A program made the position numbers and the translations under genes. Below are positions 1 through 8,161 of a stretch of DNA of 53,090 bases, one piece after another. Origin of the DNA: a virus (taxonomy: Duplodnaviria; Heunggongvirae; Uroviricota; Caudoviricetes); IMG/VR virus record IMGVR_UViG_2684623011_000001, positions 1-53,090 of that record. The stretch is one strand, 5' to 3'. The number at the start of each line of letters is the position of its first letter. Within the stretch, counting starts at the first letter, position 1. A model generated the notes under the pieces. The model was given only the letters and a program-made list of their open reading frames with translations, searched no databases and was not told the DNA's origin.

Positions 1-87
1 TTTGAATTTTTTAGTGGTTGACCTCGGCGGCAAATAATATAGCTGAGTGAACTCACTTTTTAATTCATTTATTAAGTTTGTGCTTTC

Positions 88-116
88 ATTATAACATCCG
101 ATGTTATAATTGTCAA
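88..116 (-). promoter_or_regulatory. Sigma-A promoter P1 with overlapping palindromic operator
   Basis: Minus strand reads TTGACA-17 nt-TATAAT. The palindrome ATTATAACATC-C-GATGTTATAAT (88-110) covers the spacer and -10 box. Confidence 0.85.
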
Positions 117-202
117 GACTTAATTTTGATTAATTTTTGATCGCCTAGGCTAGTTCGGTGACTGCTCTTTATTGCGATTACCTTAATCAAGTTTACGGCT
201 TT

Positions 203-231
203 ATTATAACTTACGATGTTATAATTGTCAA
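203..231 (-). promoter_or_regulatory. Sigma-A promoter P2 with overlapping operator
   Basis: Minus strand reads TTGACA-17 nt-TATAAT and contains TTATAAC-N7-GTTATAA. Confidence 0.85.
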
Positions 232-295
232 TACCTTTTTCAAATTATTTTTTGATAATTGGTATTCATTACCGTTGTCCTTTTTGACGCTTTCT

Positions 296-324
296 ATTAT
301 AACATCGTAAGTTATAAAAAGCAA
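296..324 (-). promoter_or_regulatory. Sigma-A promoter P3 with overlapping operator
   Basis: Minus strand reads TTGCTT-17 nt-TATAAT and contains TTATAAC-N7-GTTATAA. Confidence 0.75.
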
Positions 325-337
325 GTAGTTTTTTTAC

Positions 338-372
338 AAAAAAATAAGAGTAGTTACAATAACTACTCTTAT
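338..372 (-). terminator. Intrinsic terminator of ORF 369-596
   Basis: Perfect 13-bp inverted repeat ATAAGAGTAGTTA/TAACTACTCTTAT (344-372), followed by a T-run on the minus strand and overlapping the stop codon. Confidence 0.8.
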
Positions 373-596
373 AGTTCTTTTAAGCGTTTATCTAATGCAA
401 TTTTGAACCCTTTCAAGTCATTAATATAGCTTTCCCTAATATCTATATTTGACTGTATCAATTTATATAACCTTGTTTGAGGCGACGGATTAATAAAGCC
501 CCCCGCCTCGCTTTTTCGTTTCCAATAATAGGCTTTTTCTGGATTAGCTTTTTCGTAATTCTTTTTAGCTTTTTTTTGTGCTTCACTTGTTGCCAA
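369..596 (-). CDS. Small basic phage protein (75 aa), candidate repressor of the adjacent promoter array
   Basis: TTG start with RBS AAGGGGTGG and its own terminator. The SEAQKKAKKNYEK N-terminus resembles small Firmicute phage proteins. An operator copy lies upstream. Confidence 0.7.
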   Translation of the reverse strand: MATSEAQKKAKKNYEKANPEKAYYWKRKSEAGGFINPSPQTRLYKLIQSNIDIRESYINDLKGFKIALDKRLKEL

Positions 597-616
597 TGTT
601 CCACCCCTTAATTTAT

Positions 617-637
617 TTATAACTGTGGTAGTTATAT
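617..637. promoter_or_regulatory. Fourth operator copy upstream of ORF 369-596
   Basis: TTATAAC-TGTGGTA-GTTATAT has the same arms and 7-nt spacing as the operators in P1-P3. Confidence 0.6.
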
Positions 638-800
638 TTTAACATTTTATTTCTGGAATTACCACCCCTTATTTTTAAAGGTGTTTTTGTTTTTTAGATG
701 GTAGAAATATATTTTATTTTTGAGGGTTAAAAGTAGCGGAACCCCTTGCGGTGTCTGGATTTAAGGCGTGTCAGTTAGAGTGTACTGGTACCCCTTGCGT

Positions 801-1150
801 TGTATAGTATGTATAGTATGTATAGTATGTATAGTATGTATGTATGTATGGTATGTATAGTATGTATGTATGGTATGTATAGTATGGTATGTATAGTATG
901 TATGTATGGTATGTATAGTATGTATAGTATGTATGTATATGTATGTATAGTATGTATATATGTATGTATGAGTTAGTAAGTGATTGAGTGAGTTAGTAAG
1001 TGATTGAGTGAGTGAGTGATTGAGTGAGTGAGTGATTGAGTGATATGTATGGTATGTATGGTATGTATTGAGTTAGTAATATGATAATGTTTTCATATGT
1101 TATTGTAATGATGGATCAAGTGAGTGAGTGAGTAGGTGAGTGAGTTTGTT
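801..1150 (+). repeat. Simple-sequence tandem repeat tract (GTATAGTAT/GTAT/GTATG units, then GTGA/GTGATTGA units)
   Basis: Directly visible. The + strand is almost free of C from about 801 to 1090. Confidence 0.95.
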
Positions 1151-2150
1151 TGTTTGGTTATTATATAAGGGGTGTGGATTGAGTTATTAAGTGAGTGAAT
1201 TTATTGTTTGGTGAGTTTGTTTGGTGAGCGGTGTAATTAGTTAGATTTTATTTATTAGGGGTGTGACGTGTGTTTTATTTGGTGAGTGTTAGGTTGGTTG
1301 GTATTGTGTGATTAGTGAGTTATGTTTACATATGTTTATAGTGGTGTGAGAATATGTTCATTAACTGCTTCTTATATATGAAAAAATTTTCATATAAGAT
1401 TGAACCCCGTTTCACTAATTCAATAAAAATAAATATACCAGTTAATACAAAACAATATAAAACATCTTAATAAATACTTGACAATATAAAGATTTTATGA
1501 TTTTCAAATTTACACCCCTTATTTACTTACTAATTAAAAGTCAAATAACCATATATCAAATAACATCTATTATTTAATATATTTTGGTATAGACCACAGT
1601 GGGGGTTACTTTACTCAAAACGCCTAAAATATAGGGCGCAATTCTGTATCAGTTGCTTATTCCACACACCACAAAACAATTTCAATACATTTCAAATTAA
1701 TATCACTTCACCTTAAACTACATCTGAATCCTTTCCGTTTTGAAAATCCCTCCCAATATTCGGCAACCATTTATCAAAATTTTCAAGATTATGAAAATGT
1801 CCCCTTAGGTTTTCATTCTATTATTTTCATAAAATTGCCTTTGTTTTCATAAAATCCATTCTAATTTTCATAGAAATATGGCAACCATTTTCACAATTTC
1901 ACACCATTCTATCTCCACTAAATAGATTTTTGTGAATTTTTCTTCACTAAATTATTATTACTCGAATTCTCGCCTAAATTTTCATCACAAACCTTATGAA
2001 AACACTCCATTTTCATAAAATCACACCATTATTCTCTACACCATATTTCGTGTTAGTACGGGGTATATTTACTCTATTTAGAGGTACTTTATATTTGGCA
2101 ACCATCACAAAGAGGACAATATACCTTTATTTGTCTTATTATTTTTCATA
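1090..2150. repeat. Dispersed iterated motif TTTTCATA (10 exact copies, both orientations)
   Basis: Copies at 1090, 1377(rev), 1387, 1790(rev), 1824, 1844, 1865, 1995(rev), 2010 and 2143. Three are spaced 20-21 bp apart. Confidence 0.7.
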
Positions 2151-2716
2151 TATTTTCTCTAAATTTTACTTTTGATTTCTTCATTACCTGAATAAAATTC
2201 CTAAAAATTTGTTTTAATACGAATGCCTACTTTTAGCTTATTCATCTCAATTTTGCCTTCTATTTTTGAATCACAAAAAGCTATTAAAACATTCCCATTT
2301 TTATGTAGCTAACACTAGACAGTATTTTTATCACACCAAAATAACAAACACCTTATTTAAGGTTTCACTCACTAAAAAGGGAATCCGTATTAAAACACAT
2401 CTTTGATAATACTCAAATTATTAATAAGCCACAGTAATATGGTAGAAAAATAAGCTTTTCAATATTGAGATTGTGAATTTGCACTTTCGTTGTAAATCAT
2501 TTTTGACCTATTTTTATCCCTATATCATTCAGAGTGAAACGTAGGCCAGCTCCCTATTCTATATACCTAAGATACGATTACCTTAAAAACACAAAACTAT
2601 CATAAACCACATAAAACATTGAAAATTTTAAAGAAAAACAGCGATAGCAAATAAACACCACCGCTGAAATAATTACGGATTACTTACGTAACCACTTACT
2701 AATCTTTTTAATTAAA

Positions 2717-2828
2717 TGTTTAACGTGCTTATTAGGCACGAACAATATTATTAAGCCGTGTGTATCGTGGGTGCTTCCTAACTCACGGATCGGTTTAACG
2801 TGGGGCGCCCTGATAGGCGCTCTTTTTT
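2717..2828 (+). ncRNA. Candidate structured small RNA ending in an intrinsic terminator
   Basis: Three consecutive stems (2717-2744, 2751-2798, 2803-2822) followed by a T-run. The non-Watson-Crick stem pairs are G.U on the + strand. Confidence 0.5.
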
Positions 2829-2836
2829 ATTTAAAA

Positions 2837-2878
2837 TAAAAGCCACAGCAACTAGTTTATCTGTTACTGTGGCTTTTA
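2837..2878 (-). terminator. Terminator downstream of parM-parR (possibly bidirectional)
   Basis: Inverted repeat TAAAAGCCACAGCAAC/GTTACTGTGGCTTTTA. Confidence 0.75.
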
Positions 2879-2938
2879 ACATTTTATATTACTTTATATG
2901 TTTGATTCCGATTAAATCATATATAATCAGATTAAGTA

Positions 2939-3319
2939 TTACGATAACATATCTAAATTAGGCCTGTTTTTCAATTTAGAACTCAAAGAACTGTCATCAG
3001 TTTTAGAGTCATTATCGTTTTTCTTATTTCCAATTCTTGTCCTTAATTTGCGCTTGGGCTTTTCTTCAACATCGACATCATCATTCTCTTCTACCGACGT
3101 CTTTTCTTCTAGTTTTGAAACTGAGTTAATAGTACCTAACTGTCCATCTAAGCTTGCGCTATCTAAAATAGCTTGGATAAGATCACCAGTTCCATATTTC
3201 CTAACTACCATTTCTAATGCCCTAATAGCAGCCGGAGAAAATTGTGACTGATTTTTAGCCCATTCTGCAACTTTTGAATCCTCGGGAATAAGGATAGTTT
3301 TTCTAATCATTTTCGCCAT
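2939..3319 (-). CDS. ParR/Alp7R-like centromere-binding adaptor
   Basis: Small gene directly downstream of parM, with an N-terminal RHH-like segment (EWAKNQSQFSPAAIRALEMVVRKYG) and a charged tail. The start at MAKM was chosen over the GTG at 3328. Confidence 0.7.
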   Translation of the reverse strand: MAKMIRKTILIPEDSKVAEWAKNQSQFSPAAIRALEMVVRKYGTGDLIQAILDSASLDGQLGTINSVSKLEEKTSVEENDDVDVEEKPKRKLRTRIGNKKNDNDSKTDDSSLSSKLKNRPNLDMLS

Positions 3320-3333
3320 AAAAATCACACTCT

Positions 3334-4548
3334 CTATAAGGCTTCAACAATTACTTGTAATCCTAATTCATTTAAATATTGTGCATATTCCTTATCAATC
3401 CAAATTACTGGAACATCATATCCACCACTGAAGCTCTTAAGTTTTTCATTCAATACTTCGCGAAGATTACTCTCATCTAGCATTGGAATGGAACCACCAC
3501 CATATACGTAAACAAGTTCAGTATCCTTAGCGATACGCATTGTTTGACTAACTGTATCGATAATCTTATCAGCCAATGGTTCTAATTGATCGTAAACAAC
3601 TTGACGTACTTTATCTTGGCGAGCTCGACGCAATGGACTGACCTTTTCAGATAAGAAACTCTGTAATTGTGAACGTTCCTCAAAGTTCATTTGTTGATCT
3701 TGAAGAACACGTACTGCATCTTGTAATACATTTCCGTATCCTTGTGGTAATGAAGCTGATGCTGCTGGATTAGCCTTGCCGTTAATGATTGCTACTACAT
3801 CAGTAGTCCCTTCTCCGATATCAATTCCAAGTACATTTCGTGAATTAATAAGGTCGTCAGCTTCAACTTCATCCTTCATTTCTGAATAGTTATTATCAAA
3901 GTCTTCCTTAATTTTATCTGTTAACCCATCATAATCGGAGGCAATAAGCATTTGGGCTGTTTCACCTTCTAATGCAACATATACCTTATTAAATTCGATA
4001 GTTACATTAATTGGGTCCTTAAAGTTATGGAAAGTCACTGTATGTGTACTACCCATGTAACGTTCTTTGTAACGATCTTTTGCATTATTAACCTTACCTT
4101 CTGAAATAGGTAACGCAGTCGCCATATTAACTTTTACCTTTAGAGTCTCCTTTAAGTCTTGTCCAGCTTCATATGCTTCTTTTACTTTCTTTCCAGCTAT
4201 CAAACTTAAAGTAAGAATAATTGCTAAATCTGTTTCTGATTTACCAGTAAAGTCATTAACATCAAATGCTCTCATAGATAGACCACTGTCGATAGCTGCA
4301 TTACCAATCAAAAATCTTCCAGAGGTTTTTACTGCATTACTTGACACACTAACATCCATATTATTAAGAAAGTTCTTCATATATGTATCTTGGTCTTGCT
4401 TAGAGTCGAATTCCATAGGAGCTTGTACATCCTGTGGACGTTCTGCTGCTATAACTGATGGAAACTTAATATTTTCACCATCAACATTTGCTTTTACAGA
4501 ACCATATCCCAAATCATTTGCAACTTTCATAATCTTCTCAACCATCAT
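3334..4548 (-). CDS. parM: Actin-like plasmid segregation ATPase (ParM/StbA/Alp7A type)
   Basis: Actin-fold motifs ANDLGYGSVK (phosphate 1), GIDIGEGTTD (phosphate 2) and VYGGGS (adenosine). Confidence 0.92.
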   Translation of the reverse strand: MMVEKIMKVANDLGYGSVKANVDGENIKFPSVIAAERPQDVQAPMEFDSKQDQDTYMKNFLNNMDVSVSSNAVKTSGRFLIGNAAIDSGLSMRAFDVNDFTGKSETDLAIILTLSLIAGKKVKEAYEAGQDLKETLKVKVNMATALPISEGKVNNAKDRYKERYMGSTHTVTFHNFKDPINVTIEFNKVYVALEGETAQMLIASDYDGLTDKIKEDFDNNYSEMKDEVEADDLINSRNVLGIDIGEGTTDVVAIINGKANPAASASLPQGYGNVLQDAVRVLQDQQMNFEERSQLQSFLSEKVSPLRRARQDKVRQVVYDQLEPLADKIIDTVSQTMRIAKDTELVYVYGGGSIPMLDESNLREVLNEKLKSFSGGYDVPVIWIDKEYAQYLNELGLQVIVEAL

Positions 4549-4691
4549 TTTTACCTCCGTTTTATAACATAATCATATTATATCATACTTAATCTTATTA
4601 AAGGGTAACTAAATATTATATTTTAAGTTTTTATATGATATAATCTTCTTTTTGATTACCACAATGTTAATAATACTATGTATTTAACATA

Positions 4692-4728
4692 ATGTAAATA
4701 ACATTTAACACTTTTAGAAAGTTTTATG
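4692..4728. repeat. 37-bp inverted repeat, left copy (partner at 6000-6036)
   Basis: 35/37 identical to the reverse complement of 6000-6036. Confidence 0.85.
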
Positions 4729-4734
4729 AAGACA

Positions 4735-4759
4735 AATAAAAAACGCTTTGGTAGCGTTT
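4735..4759 (-). terminator. Probable terminator of the parA operon
   Basis: AAACGCT-TTGGT-AGCGTTT hairpin with a minus-strand T-tract just after the stop at 4766. Confidence 0.6.
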
Positions 4760-4765
4760 CATAGT

Positions 4766-5095
4766 TTACTTAAGGCTTTTAGACATGTAGTCCTTTTGCT
4801 CTAATATATTATACATTCTATCAAATCGAGTTTTTTCACTCTCATTTAATTCAGCAATTTCACTCTCAATCATATGTTCGACAACTGCCTTTGCATTTTT
4901 TGCAACACCAAGATTAATTAAGGCAGAAACCTGATTACGAATATGATTGTCAACACGTATATTAACTGGAAAGGACACTTCTTTATTGTCTGTTAAGATG
5001 TCTTCTTTTTTTGTTGTCTCCTTGAATGATGGCTTTGCATCTACCTCACTATTTTTCAAGGAATTCTTTGATTTAGCTGGCTTTGATATTGCCAT
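4766..5095 (-). CDS. Small ParA partner / centromere-binding protein (type Ib; DUF5388/PrgO/RepC-like)
   Basis: Translationally coupled to parA. It has a flexible N-terminus followed by an RHH-like segment VNIRVDNHIRNQVSALI. Confidence 0.75.
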   Translation of the reverse strand: MAISKPAKSKNSLKNSEVDAKPSFKETTKKEDILTDNKEVSFPVNIRVDNHIRNQVSALINLGVAKNAKAVVEHMIESEIAELNESEKTRFDRMYNILEQKDYMSKSLK

Positions 5096-5907
5096 TATTC
5101 ATGTGCCTCCTTAATACGCCCTAAAAGTTCAACTGCAACTTCTTTATAAACATTGAGAGTTTTTTTGTCCCATGCATCTCTATCTTCTGTAATACCTGTG
5201 ACGTCATAATTTTTAGCTCTTTCCATAATCCTAATATGACTATTAAAGACGTCGGCTCCCCATTCTTCTCTTGCTTTTTCCAAAATTAATTGATCGACTT
5301 TAGCATTGTCTTTAGATAAAACAGGAACAACTGCTAATACTTCTGTGTCAGCAATATACTCATCAATTATGTCGTCTTGGATATATTCAATAAAGTCTTT
5401 TGCATCGTCAAAAGCTCTTTGTTGAGTTTGAAGGACAATTACTAATTCATCACAAGCATACAAGGCTGTATCGTTTTGTAAACTTAACGTAGGGCTAACA
5501 TCTATAAAAATATAATCATACTTGTCCTTTATATCACTTAACTTATTTTTAAAAGATGCGACACGCTCTTTTTCATTAAGATAAGCATGTTCAAGGTATC
5601 TAGGATATAGATAAAAATCACTAGCAGTTGGGACAAGATAAAGATTATCCATTACCTGAACTGTAACATTATCCAAGCTTTCATTATCTTTAATAGCGCT
5701 CATCAACGTTTTGTTAAACGACAAAATCTCATCAGACTTTTGACTCTTTGTCTTTACCATCAATGTTGTCAAATCTGCTTGTGGATCAAAATCAATTAAT
5801 AGAACCTTGTTTCCCATTTTTGCCAAACTATACGCTACCAATGCAGTGGTCGTCGTCTTACCAACACCACCTTTTTGATTACACATTGAAATTACTTTTG
5901 CACTCAT
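5095..5907 (-). CDS. parA: ParA/Soj family Walker-type partition ATPase
   Basis: Deviant Walker A QKGGVGKTT, A' box LLIDFDPQ and Walker B YIFIDVSP. Confidence 0.95.
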   Translation of the reverse strand: MSAKVISMCNQKGGVGKTTTTALVAYSLAKMGNKVLLIDFDPQADLTTLMVKTKSQKSDEILSFNKTLMSAIKDNESLDNVTVQVMDNLYLVPTASDFYLYPRYLEHAYLNEKERVASFKNKLSDIKDKYDYIFIDVSPTLSLQNDTALYACDELVIVLQTQQRAFDDAKDFIEYIQDDIIDEYIADTEVLAVVPVLSKDNAKVDQLILEKAREEWGADVFNSHIRIMERAKNYDVTGITEDRDAWDKKTLNVYKEVAVELLGRIKEAHE

Positions 5908-5999
5908 TTCAATTCCACCTCACCTATTTATTAAATACTATAATATCAAACCTTTCGGATTGTGTTAAGTGTAAGATGTAATATATATTATATAAATCA

Positions 6000-6036
6000 C
6001 ATAAAACTATTTAAAAGTGTTAAATGTTATTTACAT
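6000..6036. repeat. 37-bp inverted repeat, right copy
   Basis: Reverse complement of 4692-4728 with 2 mismatches. Confidence 0.85.
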
Positions 6037-6076
6037 AATATATAATGTTAAATATATTATTGATTATGTATAAACA

Positions 6077-6123
6077 ATATCCCATTATATATAATGCTTT
6101 TAATATTATACATAATGGGATAT
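6077..6123. repeat. 19-bp inverted repeat with 9-nt spacer
   Basis: ATATCCCATTATATATAAT / ATTATACATAATGGGATAT, 18/19 complementary. Confidence 0.8.
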
Positions 6124-6464
6124 ACACGACTTATAAATATATATTGACTTTTTAGCTTTTTAATGGGATTATCTACTTGTAGCAAATAAAACTATCTAAA
6201 TGTGTTACACATGAAAGTTATTATTTTGCTTAACTCAAACAAACTCTAAAATGGTATTGTCATTGGTGAGTAGATAGAGTGTGAAAAATTTTTTTTGATT
6301 TTTCTATTGCTCAGTGATTTTATATAATCCATTGCAACAGAATATTGTGTCAAACGATGACGAAGCACGTCATTCCAACACGTTCACTGTTATCCAGCGA
6401 TAAATTAGCATCTAATCAATTAAGCTAATTTTAGGATAAATTTGATAAATTTATTTTGACACGT

Positions 6465-6493
6465 TTGTCTATCTAATTTGGCGATGATAATAT
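6465..6493 (+). promoter_or_regulatory. Probable repA promoter
   Basis: TTGTCT-17 nt-TAATAT with a TG extension, about 220 nt upstream of repA. Confidence 0.5.
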
Positions 6494-6519
6494 TAGAATA
6501 TCAATTAAATATAAGGCAT

Positions 6520-6622
6520 AAAAAAAGAGTTTATCGACGTCCTACTTTCGATAAACTCTAGATAATAACCGTAAGCACTCTTGATTTATAAAAAGCTTCG
6601 GTAAATTCATTTCAATTTGTAT
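6520..6622 (-). ncRNA. Probable counter-transcribed antisense RNA controlling repA
   Basis: Minus-strand promoter TTGATT-16 nt-TATAAT (6629-6656) and a terminator hairpin AGAGTTTATCGA/TCGATAAACTCT plus T-run, all inside the repA leader. Confidence 0.6.
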
Positions 6623-6710
6623 ATATTCATTATATACTCTAACCACAAAAAATCAAGAGTGTTGCAGTTATTAAGTATGCCTAATTCAAAAAAGAATGAG
6701 GTAAAATACT

Positions 6711-7796
6711 ATGCTTAACAACAAAGCATTCCTAGGAATTAACCTAGACTTATTAGAAAATCCAAAATATAAAAACTTAGACTCCCGTGCAATGATGTTG
6801 TACGCTCTTTACGCTGATCGCTATTCTGCTTCCATGAATAACGCTCGTTTAGGGAACACAGCATTCGTTGATGATATGGGAGTCTTTATTCGTTTTACTA
6901 ATGAATTAGCTGCCAAGGTACTTCACACAACAGTCAAAATGATTAGCAAATTCCGTAAGCAATTAGAATCAGAGAATTTAATCAAGATTGTCCGTGAAGG
7001 ATTAAAGGGTTACAAGATTTATGTTTATCCAGTTCAACAAACTCCAAACGATGTTGAGCTTCTTTTACCATGGAAAAATCACACAATTACTATTCAAAAA
7101 GTAACTTCTGACTGGACAATTACTTCTAAGCTTGAGTTCTGCAAAAAACTTAAATTATCTTCTCAAACCATTGATATAACCGTGAAGTCCCAACGGGGAT
7201 ACACGTGTGACCCAAATGGGAATACTAGTTTATCTCACTCTAGTTTATCTCATGTATTTTTAAATAATAATGGTTTGGATGATAACGCGCACGCGCGTAA
7301 GGAAAATGAAATTCAATCCAATCAATTAAACAAAAATCCATATCACTCTTTACCAGAAAAGATAAAGACTTCTTTTGTTGATGTATTTGGATTTATCACA
7401 CGTCCTATGGCTATTGAACTACATTCTCTAATCAGTCAATCTAACGAAGACATGGTTAACTACGTAATTGCAAGTAGTAAAGGTCATAAGGTTACTAATG
7501 CTATCGCATATATCAAAGCTGCCATTACCAATGCTCTTAAACGAGGGGACAAGTGTGTCCAAGATATGATTAACTTCTACGACAATAACGTAAAAAACAC
7601 TTTTTCTAATTATAAGAAAAAGTCATCAAAGCGCTTTATGTCTGAAGAAGAGGTAAATGCTATGGTTGCAAAAGACGAAGAAGAAATGCGTCAAAATGAT
7701 CCAGAATTTTATGCACGTATTAACGCAATTAAGCAACGTACACAAGCTAAAAAGTTTAATCGTCCGATGATCCCAATTTATTCTTTAGGCGAATAA
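6711..7796 (+). CDS. repA: RepA_N-family plasmid replication initiator
   Basis: N-terminal wHTH LLENPKYKNLDSRAMMLYALYADR...FVDDMGVFIRFTNE...KQLESENLI. RBS GAGGT. Divergent from the par genes. Confidence 0.85.
   Translation: MLNNKAFLGINLDLLENPKYKNLDSRAMMLYALYADRYSASMNNARLGNTAFVDDMGVFIRFTNELAAKVLHTTVKMISKFRKQLESENLIKIVREGLKGYKIYVYPVQQTPNDVELLLPWKNHTITIQKVTSDWTITSKLEFCKKLKLSSQTIDITVKSQRGYTCDPNGNTSLSHSSLSHVFLNNNGLDDNAHARKENEIQSNQLNKNPYHSLPEKIKTSFVDVFGFITRPMAIELHSLISQSNEDMVNYVIASSKGHKVTNAIAYIKAAITNALKRGDKCVQDMINFYDNNVKNTFSNYKKKSSKRFMSEEEVNAMVAKDEEEMRQNDPEFYARINAIKQRTQAKKFNRPMIPIYSLGE
7189..7252 (+). repeat. Intragenic direct repeats, candidate oriV Rep boxes
   Basis: CTAGTTTATCTCA at 7225 and 7240, plus the imperfect pair CCCAACGGGGATAC/CCCAAATGGGAATAC. 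RepA_N origins typically lie mid-gene. Confidence 0.55.
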
Positions 7797-8161
7797 ATGT
7801 CATTTTGGGTAAAGTTTATCCGTCAAAAATAACTAATAAGCGATAAATGCCATGAAATATGTATTTTCTCCAGTGTTGAATCCTAATCTTAGCTTTGATT
7901 AATTTCCCATTTCTTCGCCTATACATTTTTGTTCAGAATCTTGCGGTACTTTCGCAGAAATCTGCATAAAAATGTACATCATCTACCGCAGAAATCTCAT
8001 CTTTTTTGACAAGAAAGTTAGCGAATATTTAAATATAACAATAATAAATATAACATGAGTAAAGTATACTTTAACGGTTCCCGGTGTTTTTTGCGCGTTT
8101 TTAGGACAAGAAGAAATTACTGTGCTAAGATTGCCTCCATCAAATAAAGTGAGGTTTTAAT

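Noticed and set aside
88..324. Repeat-spacer pattern resembling a mini CRISPR array
   Set aside because: The repeats are promoter/operator units with uneven 64-86 nt gaps, and there are no cas genes in the window.
1375..1396. Protelomerase (telRL) site
   Set aside because: The palindrome is too short, and no protelomerase gene was recognised in the window.
2717..2828. Pistol or hammerhead ribozyme (also considered for 10006-10084)
   Set aside because: The conserved catalytic cores and required pairings could not be placed.
2851..2862. ACTAGTTTATCT identical to the repA internal repeat (7224-7235)
   Set aside because: A single AT-rich 12-mer in a terminator loop, which cannot be told from chance.
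6390..6398. DnaA box TTATCCAGC
   Set aside because: A single 7/9 match, expected by chance.
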